Assembly: GCA_030704615.1 (NCBI GenBank) | Contig: CM060731.1 | Location: 95,108,001 to 95,172,000 of the forward strand | DNA length: 64,000 bases | Direction: 5' to 3' | Origin: Takakia lepidozioides | Lineage: Eukaryota > Plantae > Bryophyta | Part shown: in pieces, positions 50,772-62,860 of the stretch | How positions within the stretch are numbered: the stretch's first letter is position 1 | Layout of the letters: every line of letters starts with the position of its first letter | The notes under the pieces: model-generated | Seen by the model: the letters and a program-made list of their open reading frames with translations, nothing else | Databases searched by the model: none | What the model was told of the DNA's origin: nothing | Program-made: the position numbers and the translations under genes

Positions 50772-50843
50772 ATAGAGCATGGTTTGTTGGTAAGGTTGTG
50801 GTGTATTTTCCACAAGGTTGCGGGTTCAAACCTGCCCCCGCCA
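50772..50843 (+). other. tRNA-like sequence ending in CCA
   Basis: TGGTTTGTTGG (A-box-like), TTGTGG/CCACAA stem, GCGGGTTCAAACCTGC T-arm and CCCCGCCA end. The 5' acceptor strand does not pair. Confidence 0.35.
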
Positions 50844-52268
50844 AGGAGAGCGGGGGGAAAGGGGGACGAGGGCGAGGGCTAAGGCCAAATTGGCCAAATC
50901 TGAAATGTGAACCTTTTTTATACACTCTGGCGTTAGTGCTTTTTGGACTACATGGGTTACACGTGGATCCTCAGAAGATGGTTGTACGATTGACATGTTA
51001 CTTTGTGGTGGCGCCTTCATAATACAATATAAAGTAAGTGATAAAGTAACTAAATATTTTGTTATGGGTGTCTTTAATCAATTTATTGGTTTTAGAGTGA
51101 ATTGTCGCCACAAATACTTGTACTCATTACTCATACATGAGTAATCAAAGAACAAATCAACATACATGTCATGGGATTTGATTGTAAATAAATTGTGCCG
51201 TCTAGTGTGTCAGTTCATAGTTGGACGATTAATCAACGATTGGTTGTAAAATAAATGGAAACATGCAGAGCATTTATGTTTCATATGCTCATAAGAAGAA
51301 GGCAGTACATTGGATTCTAAGATCTCAACAACGGCGCTGTCGTCTTAAAAATAGGGGATAGTCCATTTAGTTGTTTCTGTCAGAGAATAATATGGATGGA
51401 GCACATGCCTCAAAAAATTTGGACCTTCTGGATTGATGATACACATAAGTAATGTAAGCCATTTAATGTATTTGCATAAGGTCTTGCAAGATGTGCGCTT
51501 TCATTCATTTTGCATCTTCTCTCAAACTTTGAGGGCATTGCCAAATGTCTACACCAAAATATGCAGTGCTTTCATGGAGGTTTACTATTTCATGAGCGCA
51601 TGAGCCCATGAGCCCATGAGCCTATGAGCTCATGAGCGGACATCCGCGGAATTGGAATTTTCCTGCCTTTATTGACGGTGTTATGTCCTCTTACCTCGGT
51701 AATAGGGTCTGTTTCTCCTGGTCTAGGATGCGGAATGAGGTATTTCGGTGCCGTTATTCCCAAGAGCAGTGTGCTAAAATGGTGTTTTGAAGACATCCAC
51801 CGGGGTATTTCGGCACCGAAATTACCTCTTAAAATGTGATATAGTGCGGTATTTAATGGCGCAGAACGGGCTATTTGGGCGCCGAAATACCCAAGTGGAA
51901 TTTGCTGAAGTGCCTTGTGCAGAAGGCTTCCATCGCGATATTTTGGTACAGTAATTCATCCGTGGAATTTTTGAGGCCCATATAACGAAGGCGCGCATTG
52001 GGCTATTTCGGCGCCAAATTTCCCAATAGGAATGTTAGAAACGGCAGGGCTTTTCATGGCTTCAAGTTCTCGGCTCGATGGTGTGCATAAATTACTTGTA
52101 GGGTTCTTCACTGAAGTTTGCGTCTCTTCTGCTTTTATTATACATTTTGGTTGGCAGAAGAAATGTAGGGAATCGGACAAGCAGTCTGAACACAATGATT
52201 TTTCAAATCGTCAATATTTTCATTAAGTGTTTCAGAATGTACAACAAAAGGATCCAAATGAGACTTTG

Positions 52269-53923
52269 CTATGGTGAGGATCCGCTATCACTGTCCGATG
52301 CATCCCCGGCCTCATGCAAGGATGGCTGCCTTCCACCTGCCTCCGAACCTGCACTGCCGCTACCGCTGTTACTCTGAGAAGCCCTCCCCTCAAAAATACC
52401 ATCCTCACCAGCCGGAACTGTCCACCTGGGTGCGGGAAGTGTCCTCAACATTCCCCTTGCTCTCGGACGCGGATTCTAGTACGAACTTCCCTACTCTGCC
52501 TTTCACAATTCTATGTTTGGCCTCACGCCTCATTATAATTCTCTGCTCATTCCCGTATGTCAATTGCTCTAACCGAGTAGGCCTATCCTCCCTCCTGATG
52601 GCTTCTCTGGCAGCCGTGTTTGCATAGGCTGGTAGAAAAAAAGGCTTCTGGGGACTCGCGAGAAACGATTTTCTGGCAAAGAATGGCCGATGCGATTCTG
52701 TCTCCTCCTCTGCAACAGGGTCCGATTCGGGCAAGTCTCCCAGCTTCTCCTCGTCGGACGACTCTGCAAGGCTGAGTGTACGCACAAACATAGAATGAAG
52801 TACATTAGAGAATTCAAACAGGGAATCATCGGCAGGTTGCATGGTCCCTACAACCGAAACCAATACACTTACTATGGTGCAACTCACTCGAAGACAGGCA
52901 TTGGGGGAAGCGGCTTCGGGCGCCCCTGCATCGAACGAATTTCCTGGACTTCCTCCTCTTCATCTTCCTCCTCCCCTTCCACGTCATCTTCTGCGTTTTT
53001 GGGATCCTCAGTCGGAGGCAAACGCTGAAGGCCCGCCAAATTGTAATCGTACAAGGCCGTATCCCCCTCAAATGAGAACACAAATCGGTTCGACATCCTT
53101 CCCGCCCACATACAGGCACCTGCAAATTCATACGACACAACCACAACCAAACTCAAGAATGAGTCGCTTCCTCGCACAAGCAAACATACACAAACGGAAA
53201 TGGTGTCAATTTTGGTGCCGCATTCAATTAACGTTCTCACCTGTATTTGCAGTGATGTTGAGGACCCTGCCTTCAACATCCGTACATGTTTCCATGAGCG
53301 TCTGGGATGAATGCAGGACTCCTGGTCCTGCCATACCTCCATGGCTTGCCCGACAAATCACAAAGAATGTCCTTCTCTCCCACATGGTTGAACAGGACGT
53401 TATACTCCAGTGGATCAACTGTGGAATCAACAAGTCTTCCTGTTTCACGTAATTTGAATTTCTAATGTTTCTTCACGAAGCAAAATGCCTGAAAGATAAG
53501 AGTCTGCAGAGAAGGAAATGTCCTGGAGGTTTTGCTCCTCCGCAAGCTCCAGCAGGTTCTGATCGTCGCCAAGTCGTACCACGTTGTCGTCCTCTCCTTC
53601 TGTCAGCTCAATGGGCCGCCCTTCTGCAGATCCAACTCCCACATCTCCAGCGGCCTCCACCGCATCCGTGTTTTTTGAAATTGACTGCAAACCCAATATC
53701 TCCGCTTCCAGTCTCCCTAGGGGTTTTACTGGCGAAGCCATGGGCTCCTTCTGCTTCCTCGACTTCCGAACTCTAGGTGGGCTTTTCTGAGGCGATATCT
53801 GAGGTGTTGAATGAGGACTCGCCTGCCTCGATGCACTTCCACCTTGCGAGCGCAGCACCCGGGCAGGAGTATCCAAAGTTGACTGTGTTGCTTCGCCCCC
53901 TGCGATCCCTCCCCAGCTCCCAT
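52269..53923 (-). pseudogene. E3 remnant of the ParB-MTase-like gene (N-terminus joined to MTase motifs X-I)
   Basis: GKPWRYGRTRSPAFI-(frameshift)-QTLMETCTDVEGRVLNITANT|GACMWAGRMSNRFVFSFEGD, with an intron at the same position as in E2; FFLPAYA tail motif. Confidence 0.75.
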
Positions 53924-55695
53924 GTCAAACAAACAGGAAAACATGAGACACTGCACGCAAAAAAAAAGTGTAAAAGGAATATTGCGTATGGAGTGCTTCA
54001 CATCCGCAAAGCACGAATCTCTCACTGGTGGGCGATCCGAGTCTCCGGATAACGAGGTCTGCATTTCATGCATGAGACGGAGCTTAAGTCGTGTCGTCGG
54101 CGGCTTCCCAAAATCCCGCGTCCTCCTTCTCTTTGCCGGAGTCGCCTGACCTTCCACAAACTCTATGCTACCACTATGCCGCATAAGGAGAGGAAACGCA
54201 GGAGAATGTCACTGCAGAAGGGCAAGGAGCGAGAGAGCGAAGCGGTGGAACATGCAACCACTCTACACGAGCAGATGTGTAAGCAGCCACGTCTCCCGAA
54301 GCGTTGCCACCGTCCACCACTTTCTGCCGTATGGGTGATGAAGAGATTGTGACCCCTGACACGTTCGCACGGATGAAGTCGACTGGAACACGACGCGTGC
54401 CAGTTCCAGCCACCAGTACAAGACGGTTTATCCGAATTGCGGCACCGAAATACCTTCCGTTCACCGGATGCTGTTCCCGGAGCAGCCGACATTGAATGAA
54501 ATATCCGCACATCATGAAACCCAACCGCCATGAAAATCCCCTGCCTATGACATTCAACAGTCAGGTCGGTACGTTTCATCAGCGGACGGATGAATTTCGG
54601 CGCCGAAATTCATCCTATTCAAGTGCTTTCGTACACAAACTTACAAATTTCGGCGCCGCAATTCATCGCTTCCCAAGTCCTCATTCGTCATGAGCAAACC
54701 TGTCAGTGGGATATCGGAGCCGGAATTAATTCCGGGACAGTGGAAACGGCTGCACTTGGGCACATTTCATCCATATTTCGGCGCCGAAATTCATTACGAA
54801 TATCTCCGTCCGCGCGTAGACGAGGTGAAATCATCCATATTTCGGCGCCGAAATTCATCCAGAGCGAAGACTAAATCGGCACCATGCTATGCTTTGCCGC
54901 CATCATTGCCCCTGACGGATGCTGTCCATGCCTGTTGGACTTGCCATTTCTGGACATTTAACTATAATTTCGGCGCCGAAATTATACTTTATGTGCGGCA
55001 ACGTCCCGTGCGAAAAAGACCACTTAATGGATACTGTCGGTTTCAAATGAAAAAAACGGCTAAAATGCAATTAATTTTGACAGAAGGGGTTCAATATGCC
55101 GATTTCTCCATTAAATGCAGAATATTCCTGTTATCTTCGTCGGAACGGGGTATTTCCAACGATTTACCGAAAATTATATCATCTAGAAGCAAATAGTAAG
55201 TGTCGGGTTTGGACGAATTTCGGCGCCGAAATTCATCCGTCGCATAGAAAATGTAATATTAGAGTTACTCATTGCGGACAGTAAGGATGAATTTCGGCGC
55301 CGAAATTCATCCATTTCAAAGAAAAATAAATATTGGAGGGAGGGCATTGGATGAATTTCGGCGCCGAAATCCGGCGCTCAAACCCTGAAAAGAATTTGGA
55401 GGGATGGAGTCGGTTGAATTTCGGCGCCGAAATTCATTGCTCGCGAAGAAAAAAATAAAATCGGGAGGACTTCGGATGAATTTCGGCGCCGAAATTCATT
55501 GCTCGCGAAGAAAAAAAAAATAAAATTCGGGAGGACTTCGGATGAATTTCGGCGCCGAAATTCATTGCTCGCGAAGAAAAAAAAAAATCGGGAGGACTTC
55601 GGATGAATTTCGGCGCCGAAATTCATTGCTCGCGAAGAAAAAGGAAAATTAGAAGGGAGTACTTGGATGAGATTCGGCGCCGAAGTTCATCTGTC

Positions 55696-55757
<62 letters not shown>

Positions 55758-56406
55758 TCAGATGAATTTTGGCACTGAAATCCATCCGCAGGGCAGCAGA
55801 ATTAGGGTCGGAAAAGGAGATGAAGAATGAATTTCGGCGCCGAAATACATCCATTCTGCCGATTCAGGATTACTGTCATTCGGATGTCGGCACCGATATC
55901 CGGACACGTGGTGAATCACGACTGTAATCAGGAACACATTCATCCGTATTTTGGCATCCAAATTCAACCCTCATGTGCAGAAACAATTTGATGAAGAAGA
56001 TGTTCATCCGAATTTCGGCACCGAAATCCATCCGTTGGGTGCTTGGTCAGTTTCATGAGGTGAACAAATTACTATTTCTGTCGCCGGAATTCATCCCCTG
56101 GCTTCCAAAGTTGTTACATGACAGAGATGTTCATCCAGATTTCGGTGCCGAAATTCATGGGAAGGCCTGATTTATTGTAGCCCAAGTGGTTGTACATTAC
56201 AATTCAGGCACCAAATATCCGATGTGAACTTGCTGTTGTCGTTCGTTTTTGTAACGTACGTTACATACCTTCATCTTTACGTGCACCGATCACCCATCCT
56301 GTTGGATACGGAATCCTCCAGAAAATCATTTGTGTTATTAGGTAGGACACACTCTTCTCACTGCAGGACTTCGCTGCGGAGCGTACCGAGAGGTCCCGTC
56401 TTCAAC

Positions 56407-56953
56407 ATGGACTCCCGTGTTTGGGTAAACGTGTACTTCCATCCTGATTCTCTGAAAGCTAAAATACGTTCCACGAAATCCAATTCCCAGTCGTCATCCT
56501 CCTCCCACGAGAAGCTCTTCGCCCCGCATACCGGTGGGTGACCCCGCAGCTTGGCCCACCCATCGGTGGGGGAAACTGAAAAGACGGCGGCCACCAACAA
56601 AGGCGAACGACACCAGGATGGCCAACGCTCTTGCAATGCCCTGCATAGTGCAAGGTTGCAGGGATGTTCCTCACCCCGGGATGGGGCGCATATTTCAGTT
56701 GTCAACAGCCGGGTCTGCTGCGCGCAGTGTCGTGTATACAATCACGGTTTCACAGTACCCAGCTTGCAACTGTGAGGACTTCCTTGTTATGGAATCGAAG
56801 AATGCAGCATACGTCCCCTGCAAACACCTTTATTACATTTTTCTGAAGCGCATGAGTTGCATATCCGCAGTGGACGTCTTCATCCATGCTCCAACACTGA
56901 GTTTCAACGAGCTGCACAAGGCCCTACGGCAGGACACTGGTCGGACTGCTTGA
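56407..56953 (+). pseudogene. E3 transposase remnant (SWIM-finger C-terminus)
   Basis: DVPHPGMGRIFQL...YPACNCEDF...YVPCKHLYY aligns with E2 NVPQPGYGRIYQL...FPSCDCPDF...YLPCKHMYF. GCM and DDE regions are absent. Confidence 0.85.
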
Positions 56954-57635
56954 CATTCCACATTCGGGAAGGAGAAAGTGGCAATTATATTACATTCATC
57001 TTCTTGCACCCTATTTTTTGTGAGGAATTATACACTTGGTGGTGCCGCATCGCCATGGCTACATGTGAATTTTGGTGCCGCAATACATGAGAATGTGGTT
57101 TTTGGCCATGAATGGCATGCGCATGTTTTTTTTATTTTGGTTGTCTACAAATGGATCCGAGTAAAGCATACATTGTGTGGAGATTAACGGGCATTGAGGC
57201 CTATTTTAGCGCCGTTTATGGTCTATGTACTGCATAGTGCTTCCTTGTTACTGCTCTTCATTCAATTTGTAGTGATTTCGCAGCCCATCCTGGCGTTTTC
57301 GTCCACCTTTATGAGAAGACTCCAATTTGCTACAAATACATTGTTACTGTTCTGCAAATGTGATGCCTTTACAAGATTGCTAGTTCTGTGTCCCAGTGGG
57401 AAGGGTCCTACTGCACATTCCAGCATTTGCATACTGCACCTTGTGCAAACAGCAATCCATACGACAAAGGACACGTCCCAGCATACTGGCAGTGAATTGC
57501 AAAAAACCTTAACAGAAGATTATCCAAGCATGTATATTCCCCATATGGCACAGGGAAGCTGCTTGATTTCTGAATGAAAATGTATGTGCCATGAGTGTCG
57601 GCGAGTCGAAACATGTCTACTCTAGCATGCAAGAC

Positions 57636-58186
57636 CTATGGTCCCCTCGCCCAAGAAGAAGGAACTCTAACTGGCCTCTCAAGGACCTCCTGAGTGACCG
57701 GGTGCCTATATTTGAACAAAATGTCAGTGGTTTCTGTCGCCCGGTTGAAACTAACGAGGATGTCGTGTTTATCGATAGCGCCCCCTTGGTAGAAGGACAT
57801 TTTCACAGTGGGCCCTGTGTTCCCCTCCTCCTCATCCTCATAACTGAAGAGAATGTCCCCACTTTCCGAGCCAGTCCGTCCACGCGTAAAGTTTTCACCT
57901 ATGCACTCATCATACGTCCACTCGCAACAATTCCAGCGATACAGCAACGCTGTGCGTGATCTGTTCGGCTCCCACTCATGCGGAAAGTCCAGGTCCATGA
58001 TGCGTAGGAACCACCTGCTCCCCAGCCGGGGTCAGGAGAATCGTGCAATCCTGGAAGAAACTCCATTGTTCTCAGCTGGACAAGTCGAGGATCGTCCCTG
58101 TAAACATCCAGGAAAACAATGATGTCGTGTGCTTTCGGGAAAATGACTCCCGTCTGGCGTCGATAGATGTGATTCGGGCACGACAT
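57636..58186 (-). other. Unidentified cargo ORF(s) of E3
   Basis: Overlapping 95-aa and 120-aa ORFs with protein-like composition, in the position occupied by the RING gene in E1. No family recognised. Confidence 0.4.
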
Positions 58187-59030
58187 GCCTCACGACATAG
58201 CACAAACTCAAAGCAGGGAGGAGATGGGCACAACAGAGAAGAGTGAAGAGCAAAATGAGAGCAAGGCCTCCCTTACCGTAAGGCGGGTATTTGCTCTCCG
58301 GAGCCCAATTTTGGCGCCGTTATTGGATGGAGTGCGGAAGCTTCAGCCGAGAATTTTGTTTCCGCAGGTCAATTTCGGCGCCGTTATTGGTTGCAATCCC
58401 TAGCCTTCAGCCGGGTATTTGGTTTCTGGACCCAATTTCGGCGCCGTTATCGGCTGCACTCCGGTGGCTTCAACCGAGTATTTGGTTTTCGGGGCCCATT
58501 TCGGCGCCGTTATCGCCTGCACTTTGGGTATTTGGTTGGTGGAGCCCAATTACTTTCACCGTTGTTGGCTTCACTCCCGAGCCTTCAGTCGGCTATTTCT
58601 TTTCCTGTGCCCAATTACGGCGCCGTTATACCCAACCATCATGCACTTCTGCAACAGTACTATCCACGGTTATAGGTCGCCATTGCGTTTTCGGAGTCTG
58701 CAAACCCAGATCCTAATTCCGCTTGCGTCTCTGCCTCTGGGATAATTTCGGTGCCGTTATTGCCCAGAATTCAGTTTTTCTATGACTTGGCCTAGCGGTC
58801 CATGAGCCTGGGCTCCAAGTCATGAGCGTACACTGGTTCTCATGAGCGGAGTGCTTCCAGCATGAGCGCGGAAATCTTCGATTTTTGATTATTTTATAGT
58901 TTTGGGCCCGAAAAAAATCTGCCGAAATTCAAAGTGTGTTACTTTGCGGCTCATGGGTGAGCCATGCCCGCTCATGAGCTCATGAGCTCACCGCTCATGA
59001 GCTCATGGAATAGCAACCCCCGCTTTCATG

Positions 59031-62000
59031 TCCACCTGATGCAAAAGTGGTTCGTTATCCTTGCAATGGAAACAAGTGCATTATCCCAGAACCTTGGTTA
59101 TGCAATAGATTCAAACTTGTTCCGGGTTCAGTTTTTTTGGAGGATGATGGAGATGATGATGCCTCCACAGTATTGCTTCCAGTTTTCAATGACGGCCAAA
59201 AGCAATGGGAGTTGTTTCCAGACACTTTCTCCAAGTACCGTGTCACAGGTACGAGCTATACACAGTCACATGGATGAGAGGCACACTTCTATTGCAAGAA
59301 AGAACGATCAAGCTGCAACAAATGGGAGTTGTAAATTGAAGGAGGAGGTTGCAGATTCGGCGAGCTTGGGGTCTCATAATTCGGATTGTGTTGAGGTTTC
59401 TAAGAGTGTATTTTGTGGATCTCAACCTTCCTCATCTGCTCATACGGTCTTGCTTCACGACATGAAGCCTCGGAAAACTCCATTGGACAACACCACGTCT
59501 GATTGTTGCGAATCTGCGAGGGGTTTATCTTCATCTCCACGACTAGCAGGGGAGGCTACATCTGCATTTCCTTCTGGTGTGTTGTCCATTTTGAGTATCT
59601 TGGCCACTGCTCGGAGGAATGGATCAAAAGGAGAGCTTTCTACCTTGGACTATAGTCACATTCCAGTGCATTGTGTTCGGTGTCTTCATCGAGCTTTTGA
59701 TGGAAAAGTGATCCACGAACTCCCCCCCGTGGTCAAACTACGTACGGACCGTGGTTCACAGTCCCTCCAAGGCATGGACCGCAAGTTTGATGGTCATCCT
59801 TGGTGCAAGACCAATACCTACAATATGTCTGGTGTTCCAGATCATGTGAAATGTAGTAAGGTTCTTTGTGTTGGAAAGCTCATATGTCAAAGCAGCACTT
59901 GCCCCTTCTTCAAGAAAGAAGGAGAACGGAATGACCGTTATTGGGAAGGCAATGCAGACAAGGTGTTCATTGCAGGAGCCCAAGTTCCATTCAACCAGTT
60001 CAAGTGTAGTTTCTGCAAAGAAAGACCTTTCTGTGAGGCGCATTGTGGGGCAAGAATGTACTATGTCACAAGTTCCCTTCCAACATATACACGTGTTGCA
60101 GTTCACGTTGGGTTTCATAACCATCCATGTGCCAAGGGCGAGAATAGAGAGGTTGCGGAAAATGCATCAAGCATGATTCAAGAGCACGTTAAGATGAAAC
60201 CATGGTCGACCCCGGGAGCTATTTCCTTGTCAATGGCCCAAAAGCTCTTGATTGATCGAGTTCTTGTGGCTGATGGCACAGAGACAGTACGTCTTGAGGG
60301 AGAGGCTTTGGAAGATATTCTTGAAGAGTTTGCCCATGTTTGTAGCCCCAATGTGAAAAACAAGGTTGCATCTGCACGTGTCAATTCCATCATGTCCATA
60401 TTGGAGTTGAAGCGTCTGAGTACATACCATTTCATTCACAGCAATCTCCTTCCAGGCCAACATACTTCTCATCTCCCCCATGTTTTCAAGATGTCTGTTG
60501 CTGGTCCCGGGAGTGGTGTTGATCTTGTACGTCGCATGAATGAGGGGGATCTACGCACAAGTTGGGTAGTATTTGACCATGTCAAACGCATCAAGGATTG
60601 GACAACTCTTGCGTGTCATGTCTATGAACCATATGTCAAGCGAATGATGACCATTGCCATTTGCGATATAAAAACAGAGGATGCAGATGCTCAGGTGTTA
60701 TTCTGGGAGATGATCAATGAACAAGCAAAACTTGCTGGCTTGAACAAACCAAATTTTGCTGGCTTCATGGCGGATGCAGCAGGAGCGAATTGGGCTGTTG
60801 TTCGAAGGGTTTATAGATCTGATCCCAATGTCCCAATGGAAGGTAAAGAAAGAACATGTTTATATCATTGGGCTGAAAGCCTCCGAAGACACACCAACGA
60901 CTATATCTTGGAGGACTTCCGTGAAAGGCACACTCAGCTCTGTTATGAATGGAAAGATAGTGCTACCTTGGAGGATGCTACAACCACATACATTGCAATT
61001 CGGGCTTGGTGGCTCTCTTCAGGAGCATGCATAGAAAAGAGTCTGCCAAAACTGGATTCATGGCTTGCATGGTGGCACTACAGATATCGAATGTGGGGCC
61101 AATGGATGAGAGAGGACATGGATGTGGAGGCAGATGCAGATATGCCTACCACTAATTTGTCTGAGGCAGTCCATTCTGCTTGGTGGAAGACAGCAGGCAA
61201 TGGGAAAAAAATGAAGGTGGATCTATATGAGGCCACCATGCATGACATGTCACGAGCTCTTTTGCAGCAGGCAACATTTTATAGGCACACCACAGGAAAG
61301 ACATGGGGGACGGGGCCCGACAAAGAGGAGCTCATGTTGCGTCAAGCAGCTAGATCTAATAGCCCAGCAAAAATGGGTAAGGTTGTACGTGGCATAGTAG
61401 CTGGAACACCCATGCACACAAGGGGGGTTCAATTGGAGGGAGACAATCGCACTATTCCAGTCAAACGCAAGTTAGGCGATGAGCATGGTGGGCCAAACGA
61501 ATCTTGGAGGTGTGATATGAATGTAAAGACTGTTCCAGTGCGCGCCACTGGGATGCCCAGTCCACACCAGCCATCTAGGTTTGTCAGTTCCAAATCAAGT
61601 CATGACATTCCTGGTTCTTCGATTTTCTGTGAGACAAATCCACATGTTGCTATCCCTCCTCAGCCAATGCAATGGGGAAATCCAGTGAGAAAGACACAAG
61701 ACTTTTCCGATGCATTGTTCAGGATTCAGCGGACAGGTCTTGCTTCCATGGTTCGTTGTTCTGCCTTGGTTGGGGTTTCCAAAGATAAATGCAAAGCGCT
61801 CATCAGGAAAGGTAAAGGAAGTCCTGCACCTTGCTTCACTGGCAAGTTACTAGCACCAAACATGAAAGAACCAAAACTGCAAGTTTTTTGGTTTTGCCCC
61901 ACAGATGTTTTGTCGTGTGTTGGAGGGACCGTGCCATCCTATTGCTTGGGAAAACCGGGTATACCTAACGTGTGGCCTGTGAAGGTTGGAACCAACCTTA

Positions 62001-62542
62001 CACAAGAAGAGGTGGACAACTTGACCCTTGCAGGTTTTCGACTAGTCCATCCTCCCAACGTTCCTGATCCGAACTTTCCTGTGGGACCACTTCCAGTGGA
62101 ACAACATATTCATCAAGGTGTTGTCCTTCCTGTGGGTAAGTATCCCACTACACGCTATGGGGTGCGCATTCGGCGTCGGGATCCGACTCCTCGACACTTG
62201 AGTCGCCAAGAGTCAGCGAAGACTCTTATTGCTGAGGTTCGTGGATTCAGAAACGTGCCTCAGCCAGGTTATGGGAGAATTTACCAGCTACAAACAGAGG
62301 GATCTACCAGAGCAGGATTGGTTTACAATGTATACATTGGTCAGTTTCCATCTTGTGATTGTCCCGACTTTGATGAGCTATCTGTCAAGAAGAAAAAACA
62401 AACATATCTACCTTGTAAGCACATGTACTTCATGTACAACGTGCATCTAGGATGCGCCGGGGCTTATGAGATCCACCAACCTTCCCTTAGCCAGTTAGAG
62501 GTTAGGGCTATGCTAAAGAAGGACCCTAGTTCAACTTCTTAG
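59031..62542 (+). CDS. E2 MULE transposase (GCM-type Zn domain, DDE, SWIM); true start ATG 51545, split by E3
   Basis: About 1,090 uninterrupted codons: GHPWCKTNT..CVGKLIC..CSFC..HVGFHNHP (GCM-like), VVFDHVKR (D), FMADAAGA (D), CLYH (CxxH), TNLSEAVH (E) and CDC-x15-CKH (SWIM). The N-terminal domain is in another frame up to ~59270. Confidence 0.88.
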
Positions 62543-62632
62543 TGACACATGAAATGCACAAAAAAAGAACCTCTAACTTGTGCCGTTCATTTTCATGCAT
62601 GTGACATGTAATTATCTTGTTACTACTTTATT

Positions 62633-62860
62633 CCAAACATGACACATAGCATTTGTTAGTACAGAAGTTCCTATTTTGGTTAAAATGGAACTTGTGTACC
62701 TGTCATACAAGTTTTCAAATTATAGAACTGCTTGGCATTACAAACAGACATGCAATGTGGTGGTTCCAAACATGACACATATGCATTTGTTAGTACAAAA
62801 GTCCATATTTTGGTTAATATGAAACTGTTTTCCTTGAATACAAGTTTGCAAACTATTACT
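62633..62860. repeat. ~130-bp tandem duplication downstream of the E2 transposase
   Basis: TCCAAACATGACACATA..GCATTTGTTAGTAC..TATTTTGGTTAA occurs twice. Confidence 0.6.

Larger units (their letters stand above)
51740..58760. repeat. E3 palindrome family ATTTCGGCGCCGAAAT (~30 copies including TTTCGGCGCCGTTAT variants)
   Basis: Perfect 28-bp GGATGAATTTCGGCGCCGAAATTCATCC at 54588-54615 and 55285-55312; ~62-bp tandem units at 55410-55690; variant array at 58309-58760. Confidence 0.92.
51577..59021. mobile_element. E3: 7,445-bp internally deleted Mutator-like element nested in the E2 transposase
   Basis: 9-bp TSD GCTTTCATG at 51568-51576 and 59022-59030. Ends GAGGTTTACTATTTCATGAGC and (rc) GGGGGTTGCTATTCCATGAGC, with CATGAG subterminal repeats as in E1. 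Confidence 0.92.

Noticed and set aside
55410-55690. CRISPR-like array of palindromic repeats with spacers
   Set aside because: The spacers are near-identical A-rich units, there are no cas genes and the context is a eukaryotic TE. It is a tandem repeat carrying the E3 palindrome.
55603-55830. Poly-Lys ORF
   Set aside because: It comes from a 58-nt A tract in a repeat array, and the tract length may be an assembly artefact.
58964-59030. N-terminus of the listed 1192-aa ORF (MPAHELMSS...)
   Set aside because: It is read from the E3 terminal repeat and TSD. The homologous start is ATG 51545.
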